In this document: positions 22,798-30,825 of the stretch, in pieces | Position numbering within the stretch: position 1 is the first letter of the stretch | Layout: each line of letters begins with the position of its first letter | NCBI RefSeq assembly: GCF_006345805.1 | Contig: NW_021832901.1 | Coordinates: 1-30,825 of the forward strand | Source: Octopus sinensis | Taxonomy: Eukaryota | Reading direction: 5' to 3' | DNA length: 30,825 nucleotides | The notes under the pieces: generated by a model | Database searches by the model: none | What the model was told of the DNA's origin: nothing | The model's input: the letters and a program-made list of their open reading frames with translations, nothing else | Made by a program: the position numbers and the translations under genes

Positions 22798-23607
22798 TTC
22801 TTTCAATTCTGTTTCCATTCCTTGCCGAGTGTCTTCCTGACACCTAGGGCAGAGAAACGCACTGTATACAGTAATAGGCCATTAAAATAGACACACCAGA
22901 GTATTCATTTGCAAAGTCATGTGATAGAGAAAACGGGGAAGAAAGTCAGAAAGAAAAAAGGGAAAAATAAAAAATTAGAAATTAAACAAAGAAAATAAAG
23001 GCGGGAAAAGGAAAGAAAATTCACAGCGACAATGCTCTTCTCAGTACGTGTGACGTGCCAGTTAAGACAACCTTTTTCATTTCCTGCATGGATGGTAAGC
23101 CAGGGATCATTCTTAAATAATTTTCAGTTCTTTTTTGATCATTCCAAGTGCTCCTACAATCACTGGTATTGTAACCGTCTTGGGATGCCACTTTTTTTGA
23201 TTTCGAAGAGCAAATCTTTATATTTTCTGAGCTTATCAAATTCTTTTGCAGAGATATTATGGTCACAGGGTATGCTCCTCATGTCAATCAATAAACAGAC
23301 TTTATTGTTTTGGTTTTTCACAACAATATCTGGTTTATTTTCTTTGATGGTCCGGTCTGTACATAATGGGAAGTCTCAAAGAATTGTTACATTTTCTCCT
23401 TCAGTTACAGCCTCATGGTGGTACTTGTACCATTTGTCAGCAGTTTTGATTTTATAATGCCGGCACTTTATCTAATGTAGATATTGGCCAACTTTGTCAT
23501 GTCTTGATTTGTACTCTACAGGTGCTAAAACCTAACACCTAGAGATTAGGTGGTCCACTGTTTCAATCCCATCGTTGCAGTATCGGCACTTTGGGTCTAC
23601 ACCATTT
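22798..23607 (-). mobile_element. R4/Dong-type LINE 3' fragment with CCHC zinc knuckle and RLE domain
   Basis: Minus strand KCRYCNDGIETVDHLISRC...NKPDIVV...LLIDM...KYKDL...PVIVGALG...VLTGTSHVLRRALSL* with stops and frameshifts; 3' UTR 22798-23020; tail (AAT)n at 22722-22797. Confidence 0.88.
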
Positions 23608-23621
23608 TATTGTTATTGTTA

Positions 23622-23655
<34 letters not shown>

Positions 23656-23656
<1 letters not shown>

Positions 23657-24245
23657 GAGTGAGAGAGCAGTGCATGCCATCAAAGTGACACTGGGGTAAA
23701 ATATACGAAGCCCAGTATACCCATCATGATTATCCGTCTGATAAGGGTACATCAGGAACATGCATCACAACCATATTTGCGCGACATGGTGACCTCATAT
23801 CAAGATAAACAGCGCATGACCTTGCAGGTGGGGCCCAGTTAGAAATGTCTTCGAGTAGAGTAGCCCATCCCGCTCAAAAGGTCCCTCAATAAGGATTGTT
23901 TAAGGATGTTGAACGAACCACCCATGTTTCCATCTCGTTCCAAAGGTCTCTGAATAAGGTTTGTTTAAGAGTGACGAACAAAACACCCATATTTCCAGAG
24001 GTGAATTATTCAAATCTCAAAGAATTCCCCTCAACATATGGCTACGATGCTCCCCCACCCTTCCTTTTGATGATCAGAGATGCCTATATCGTCAACAACC
24101 AAGGGACATGCTCAAATAGTTACGGTCAAACAACTGACAAGCAGATCTGTGATATTGAGCAGAATATTTGCTGTGGCAAAACAATGTACACGATAACACT
24201 TCCAACCAGATAAGATAAGCCATGACAGCCGCTGCCTGGTACTTG
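23656..24245 (-). mobile_element. ~590 bp interspersed repeat with (AAT)n tail (SINE or LINE 3' UTR type)
   Basis: Non-coding, GC-richer block sharply bounded by trinucleotide arrays (23608-23655 and 24245-24300); contains an internal duplication of GGTC.CT.AATAAGG.TTGTTTAAG. Orientation inferred from the tail. Confidence 0.55.
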
Positions 24246-24268
24246 CATCATCATCATCATCATCATCA

Positions 24269-24300
<32 letters not shown>

Positions 24301-24304
24301 GTAG

Positions 24305-24492
24305 TTTCAAATTTTAGCACAAGGCCGGCAATTTCGGGGATTGATGGAGGCTAAGACGATTACTTCGACCCCGAGAGGATAAAAGGCGATGTGGAACTTG
24401 GGAAATATAAACTCTGAACCTATAAATGGATGAAATACTGCTGACCATTTTGACCGGCGAGCTGCTAATGACCCTACCACCTCGTCGCCTTA
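24305..24492 (-). mobile_element. tRNA-derived SINE (degenerate)
   Basis: GCACAAGGC 3' end as in the 27120 copy, CGACCCCGA.AGGAT.AAAG core and a decayed head ending TCGTCGCC. Confidence 0.7.
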
Positions 24493-25484
24493 GAAACAGT
24501 ACATATTAACAGTAAAACTCTTAAATATTTATCTAAACCCCATTTTTCCCGTCGTGTAATTATTAAAACCAGTAAATTGTTTATTAAATAATTTATCGTT
24601 TGAAATGAAAGCGTTATTGGCGGTAAGTGTTTACATTTGGTTCCTTATGAAATCGGTTGAGTAGGAAACCTTTTAACTCAAGATTCAAACAGCGCTAACG
24701 TACTTTCAGAAATCCTCAAAGATATTCTGATATAAGTCTATCGAATTATATCTATTCATTACGAAATAACAACATCTGATGAAGTACAATTATTTAAAAG
24801 ATATTAGAACATACAAAGTTTATGTTCAGACTAACGGTGGATAAAATCATTGTATTTTCGAGAAAGAGAAGATATTGTTTCATAACAATTCTAACATAAA
24901 ACAGCTGAACAAAGTTAATATGTTTTTGTCTCCAAAAGAAGGAATATTATTAAAATATTATTAAAATTGCACGATGGACAACCTCTTATTACACTAATAT
25001 ACGCCGAAAACAAATAATAAATTTCTTTTCTTAACATCATCTTGAGGTATATAACCTGATATACCCCTCCACCCTTTTTTCTCTTTGTTTCCTTGGTGAG
25101 GTAGTTATGGGTCTTATTACTCGATAATTTCACCGTTTTTCCTTTCTTTTCTTCCTGTAAAATTACCTTCTTACATTTATTGTTTTTCACGCTAGGAAAC
25201 AGAATTCTTTTATTGAAATATTTCGAAATGTTTACAACATCGAATTACCTTCTGAAATTCTGTGACATACTACAAGTTATTGTTAAGGTTGTCACAGATT
25301 TCGTGATTGTTATTTCTTATATGAATATAAAATCGAAATATACATCGCATTTTGTTGCCCGAGAAACGATAAAAGGTAAAACTTTGAGTCACATTCAAGT
25401 GAAGTTTCATCTTAAGATACATAAATCCCAAATACATATTAGGGTAAAGGTAGACGGTTAAAAGTGCCCTTTCGGTTACAAATA

Positions 25485-25722
25485 ACAATGGGATGGCACC
25501 TAGAAAGCTCCCCTCCGAGGCACAAGTCCGGACAAGGTTGTCTATGGAAGACCAGCAGTCCGCCATGCACACCAGCTTCCCCTCACCATGCCACTCATGT
25601 TATCCAAGGGAAAAGCAAAGGGGCCGATACAGCTTGGCACCAGTGACGTCACAATTCATTTCTACAGCTGAGTGAACTGGAGCAACGTGAAATGAAGTGC
25701 CTTGCTCAAGAACAGAACGCGG
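25485..25722. mobile_element. Interspersed repeat or SINE fragment
   Basis: GC-richer block ending GGAGCAACGTGAAATGAAGTGCCTTGCTCAAG, similar to the CTTGCCCAAGG motif of the other SINEs in the window. Confidence 0.5.
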
Positions 25723-25731
25723 TATGTCTCT

Positions 25732-25765
<34 letters not shown>

Positions 25766-25812
25766 TAATATAATATATATATATATATATATAATATATA
25801 TATACATACAGA

Positions 25813-25882
25813 TACTCTTTACTCTTTACTCTTTTACTTGTTTCAGTCATTTGACTGCGGCCATGCTGGGGCACCGCCTTTA
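25813..25882 (-). mobile_element. SINE 3' fragment with (AAAGAGT)n-like tail
   Basis: TTGTTTCAGTCATTTGACTG.GGCCATGCTGG.GCACCG matches 29785-29826. Confidence 0.8.
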
Positions 25883-26056
25883 GTATGTATATATATATAT
25901 ATATATCTATATATATATATATATATATAAACACGCTCTCACTCATACACACACACACATATATATATCTGTGCACCACACAAAATAAATATAGATATAG
26001 GTATAGACAGAGAAACAGACAGACAGACAGACAAATAGATAGATAGATAGATATAT

Positions 26057-26136
<80 letters not shown>

Positions 26137-26191
26137 GAAACATAACTGGAAACATATAGAATGAAATCAATCATATTCGTTTTAATCTAAC

Positions 26192-26390
26192 CTTGATGAA
26201 ACCTTTCTGACACGGTTTACTGCACACTGATTCGATAACTTTGGTGATTCCTCGACCAACGGAAGGCCAGAAGATATTACTGTCGTTCATCTCAAGACGG
26301 CCATTATTCCAGGACCCTACCTTCACGTAGGCATATGTGGCATTTTCTTCACCGTCACTTTCGAATTGTTGGAAGTTCATTATATCATAT
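26192..26390 (-). CDS. GRM1/GRM5-like: mGluR exon, end of Venus flytrap domain and start of Cys-rich domain (199 nt, phase 2 to phase 0)
   Basis: Acceptor TTCTTTACAG|A; donor AAG|GTTAGA. Encodes YDIMNFQQ...YVKVGSWNNG...SVCSKPCQKGFIK. Confidence 0.96.
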
Positions 26391-26497
26391 CTGTAAAGAA
26401 AATAGAAAGAAAGGGAAGTGTTAATGGAGAACCGTATATACAAATCTCTCTTTCCATATCGGCCTCGCCGTCTCTCGTATTTCCCTTTCTATATATA

Positions 26498-26542
<45 letters not shown>

Positions 26543-26622
26543 GAATCGATAGATGTACAAATAAACATAGACTGACAGAGAGATACACAGACAGATATCT
26601 CGATAAATAGCTTGATAGAGAG

Positions 26623-26693
<71 letters not shown>

Positions 26694-26817
26694 AAGATTG
26701 ATAGATAGACAAGTACAGACAGAAAGAAAGAAACAAAGACGGATAGGTAGATAGATAGATAAATAGGTAGATAGATTTCATGGTCGATAAGTGGAAGGAA
26801 GAGTTAGGACGTCTCAC

Positions 26818-27061
26818 CTCCCTGGCGGGTCACCGCTCTCGTCAAAGTGCACCTCCTCCCCAAAATAACTGGTAAAGGATGTGTTCATGAGATATTTGAA
26901 GTATGTGGTACCCTTGATGTTTATCATCGCTTCACACATTCCAGGTTTGCCATGACACAGGTTCTGCTGCATGGCATGAAGGGCATACGCCATGGTGTAC
27001 ACGGCCTTCCTCACAAAACCAAGTTTCGGATCTTGCTCAAAATCTTCCATTACTTCTTTAC
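26818..27061 (-). CDS. GRM1/GRM5-like: mGluR Venus flytrap exon (244 nt, phase 1 to phase 2)
   Basis: Acceptor ACTTGTAG|GT; donor GAG|GTGAGA. Encodes FEQDPKLGFVRKAVYTMAYALHAM...EEVHFDESGDPPGR. Confidence 0.96.
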
Positions 27062-27119
27062 CTACAAGTAACAAAAATAATTATTACAACAATAAGAACA
27101 GCAACAACAACAATAATAA

Positions 27120-27292
27120 TCCTTTATATTAAAAGCACAAGGCTTGAAATTTTCGGGGAATCGACCAGTCGATTCCATCGACCCCATGCGTAACTGGTAC
27201 TTAATTTATCGACCCCGAAAGGATGAAAGTCAAAATCGACCTCGGTTGAATTTCAACCCGGAACGTGAAGACGGACGAAATGCCGATAAACA
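27120..27292 (-). mobile_element. tRNA-derived SINE close upstream of the mGluR acceptor
   Basis: TCGACCCCA...CTGGTACTTAATTTATCGACCCCGAAAGGATGAAAG matches the family of 15275/15667. Confidence 0.85.
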
Positions 27293-27629
27293 TGGAGGTG
27301 GTAGTAAGTTAAGCTATTGTGATGAATAAAAACCTGTTTATTTATTATTTATTTTATATAGCATTTAGAGGCAAATAACGTCGTTAGTTATATGTTACTT
27401 ATAGCGTCGTTGTTGAAAGTGTGAAACGGACTAATCACTGAATTACAGCGACGTTTGACTGTAGAAATGCTAAAGAAATGTCGGTAAAGATACCAAAAAC
27501 GTTTTTATTTCGGAATTCTACTCCCTCAGACTCCCTTCTCTCTCTCCCTCTCCATCGCTCTCTCTGACACACACATACACACACGCATTTATGAATGTGT
27601 GTGTGTTTGTATATATGTAGTGGATGTCG

Positions 27630-27840
27630 ACTCGTGCCCGAGTTAGAGCATTTCCTAGAATCAAGAATCCGAGAAGTTCCTGTGCTAGAATTTGTTTTGA
27701 ATGGATAAAACGTTGAACAGAACTGAACCTGCTCTTTTCAGTGCAATGAACTCTCAAACCAACAGCAAAAGCATCGGTTGAGATTACTAGATAGTTTCTC
27801 CGAGGGGGAAGTTCAAATGAGAATTCGGGGTCCTTCACTC
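27630..27840 (-). mobile_element. Possible decayed RNase H of a DIRS/LTR retrotransposon
   Basis: YLVISTDAFAVGL...HSKQILAQELLG...AL resembles the TDAS..G / HINxLEL.A..AL spacing; similarity is weak. Confidence 0.33.
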
Positions 27841-28269
27841 CCAGTTGTCAATATCCTAGTTAACCCGTAGCTGGGACTACTCCGGCTCAGCGTGGACGGG
27901 GATTAAATAATGGCTAAGGTGTGGTTCCACTCTCCTCAAATCTGTGGAACTCTCGAACCAGAGACCTGCTACCGGATGCAGGTTGGTGGTGGTGGTTGTT
28001 GTTGTGCTTCTTGTGGTTGTTGTTTCAATCCCAGCTCAGTTCTGAGCGAATCATTCAATTACATCGCACCTTTTGTCTAGACATAGTGTATGTGACTGCA
28101 TTATTTCATCTGACCTTCCACATTTACACTGGGAAGGTGCAGTTTTAAGCAAACTTCTATGTCTAGCAGGTTGACTGACCACGTTACAGCAGACTCCTTT
28201 CACTGCATTTTCGGAAAGTTTTCAAAGAAACTACTTTAAAATGGCGGCTGCATTCAATTGCATTGTCTG

Positions 28270-28525
28270 TGGTGAGGGTCATAGCAGTGGCGGTGGTTGT
28301 GAAGGTGGTGGTTCCGTTGATTGTAGTGATTGTAGTGATGGTTGTGCCAGTAGAGGTAGTGATGGTTGTGGCAGTAAAAGTAGTGTTGGCGGCAGTGGTG
28401 GTGATGGTGGTGGTGGTGTTACTGGTGGTTGTTGTTATTCTTGTTGTGACGGCGGTTGTAGTGTTAGTACTTGTGGCGATGGTGGTGGATGGTGATGGTG
28501 GTGGTGTTGGCGATGGCGGTGGAGG
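28270..28525. repeat. Degenerate (GGT/GAT/GTT)n low-complexity tract
   Basis: Direct inspection; gives poly-V and poly-G ORFs. Confidence 0.8.
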
Positions 28526-28755
28526 TCAAGATATAAAGACAACAAGGTTGTTTGCAGAAAAAGAAAAATGGAGAAAGAAATAGGAGGTTCAGATGAGACA
28601 ATTACTACAATACACACACACACACACGCTTGCACACACACACACACACACACACACACGTACACACACAAACATACACATATGCATATACATGCACAGG
28701 GATATATGTAGGTAGAAAGATACAGATACATAGGCATATATGCATCTCTTCTCTT

Positions 28756-28807
<52 letters not shown>

Positions 28808-28808
28808 G

Positions 28809-28849
<41 letters not shown>

Positions 28850-29167
28850 CGTACGTGGTGTATACGTATATATATATATATATATATAATGTATGAATGT
28901 ATATATATATGTATACATGTACACATATATATATATAAATGTATATATGTATACAGAAACAGACACATATAACGGGGAGATTGGGAGGATGTGAGACGAA
29001 GGGAGGGAATTACTGCACTGAGGATTATAAAAAAACAGAAACAGGGGGTGAAGGAAAAACGAGGAATTTATCTGTGAAAAATAGATATTGTTTTGTAAAT
29101 GTCAGACTGCTAACGGGCAAGACATAAAGAATTTGGTTCATTTGTGGAGATCTAAAGAGGTATGTGT

Positions 29168-29234
<67 letters not shown>

Positions 29235-29314
29235 CGAAAAGAATAGCGCGGAAGGGGTCGGAGAGGAAGAGGAATAGAAAACTACCAGAAATAGATGAAC
29301 TCAGAAAAGAATTT

Positions 29315-29352
<38 letters not shown>

Positions 29353-29357
29353 CCTCT

Positions 29358-29427
<70 letters not shown>

Positions 29428-29571
29428 TATATATATATATATGTATTATATATACATATGCGTCGTTACGGGGCTGTGATATACATTGCAGGGATGTGAA
29501 TTATGTCGTCAGTATAATGTTAGGTCTGTTACTATAGTTGTGTGTATATATATATATATATATTATATAAT

Positions 29572-29617
<46 letters not shown>

Positions 29618-29635
29618 TATAATATATATTATATT

Positions 29636-29745
<110 letters not shown>

Positions 29746-29769
29746 ATATAATACTATATATTCTTTTTT

Positions 29770-29962
29770 CTCTTTTACTCATTTATTTGTTTCAGTCATT
29801 TGACTGTAGCCATGCTGGAGCACCGACCTATGCATTTTAGTGGAAGAAATCGATCCCAGGACTTATTCTTTGTAAGCCAAGTAATTATTCTATCGGTGAC
29901 TTTGCCGAACCGCTAAGTTACGGGCACATAAACATACCAGCATCGATTGTGAGGCGATGTCG
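29770..29962 (-). mobile_element. SINE (same family as 6010 and 25813)
   Basis: GTTTCAGTCATTTGACTG...CCCAGGACTTATTCTTTGTAAGCC...GCCGAACCGCTAAGTTACGGG. Confidence 0.8.
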
Positions 29963-30425
29963 GGGAGGAGGATAACACAAACATGCACACAGATATATGC
30001 ATATATATATATATCTATACAGTATGTTACATTACTCGGTAGTCAAGATAAAACTCTGAGTTTCAGATGCCGAAGTGGAAATCCACAACACCATCTCTTC
30101 GGTTATCTGGCTATTTGAAAACGTTATGAAAAAATACCGTTAAATAAAGGGAAATTACTCTGTTATAACTCTGCTTGCCTGCGTACTTATACATCGCTCG
30201 CATTTTTCGTCATAAAAAATTATATAAAAATACATTAAAAAATATATAAAAAATATATAAAAATTTATAAAAATATATAAATTCTTCTTGGGACATAACA
30301 CAGAAAGCATGTTCTATCTGTTTTCTTTAGGGGACCAAAAACGTAACAGAAATTTAGTCACATGTGGGCATGATCCGAAAAGCTCTGTCCTTGTATTTAG
30401 ACATGTAGTAGGGTATATATATATA

Positions 30426-30582
30426 CGACGGGCATCTTTCAGGTTTCCTTCCACCAAATCCACTCAAGGCATTGGTCAGCATGGGGCTATAGTAGAAGAC
30501 ACTTGCCCAAGGTGCCACGCAGTGGGACTGAACCTGGAGTCATATAGTTGGGAAGGAAGCTTCTTACGACTCAGCCACGCCT
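30426..30582 (-). mobile_element. tRNA-derived SINE (same family as 6169)
   Basis: CTATAGTAGAAGACACTTGCCCAAGGTGCCACGCAGTGGGACTGAACC; the reverse strand has a B-box-like GGTTCAGTCCC. Confidence 0.8.
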
Positions 30583-30825
30583 ATTTATATACCTATTTTA
30601 TATATCTATATATATGTATACGTAAATAGGGGTAGTACCCGTCAAAATTGATGGGGTTGATTTTTTTCCTTTCAACTGAAGGTTAATATATTTTGCTTCT
30701 TCTTGTGTTTCATTTGCATTCTTTCAGTTGTTACCGGTTGTGTAGGACGTGTTGTGATCGAAGGGTAATGCTGTTTATCTTGTGCTATTGAACTAAAAGC
30801 ATCTTCAGACAAATATAGAACAGTA

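Noticed and set aside
28241-28583. Gly/Cys/Ser-rich and Val-rich ORFs
   Set aside because: They are products of a degenerate GGT/GTT trinucleotide tract, with no splice signals or recognisable domain.
30760-30812. Minus-strand CTGAAGA followed by a TGC/GCA pairing
   Set aside because: No GAAA follows the putative stem II, so it is not a hammerhead.

Overview
Microsatellite-rich animal genomic DNA; the SINE/LINE repeats look octopus-like (inference). The main gene is the 3' half of a group I (GRM1/GRM5-like) metabotropic glutamate receptor on the minus strand. Four exons splice in frame with GT-AG boundaries (27061-26818, 26390-26192, 13124-12998, 11161-10264) and encode the end of the Venus flytrap domain, the 9-Cys domain, the 7TM domain and the proximal C-tail. 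The upstream exons and a certain terminal exon are not seen. Introns and the 3' flank hold many tRNA-derived SINEs, three R4/Dong-type RLE LINE 3' fragments in (TAA)n arrays, a decayed Penelope-like RT and probable LTR/DIRS remnants. The most unusual signals are: (i) a complete type I hammerhead-ribozyme fold present twice in a ~1.2 kb tandem duplication (retrozyme-like layout); (ii) a minimal Penelope-type hammerhead with an A6U core variant, sense-oriented in the intron just upstream of the 7TM exon; (iii) a spacer-less palindrome of at least 1.8 kb at the window start; (iv) several intronic dsRNA-forming structures. The palindrome and the duplication could be long-read assembly artefacts. 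Most ORFs in the supplied track are microsatellite artefacts.
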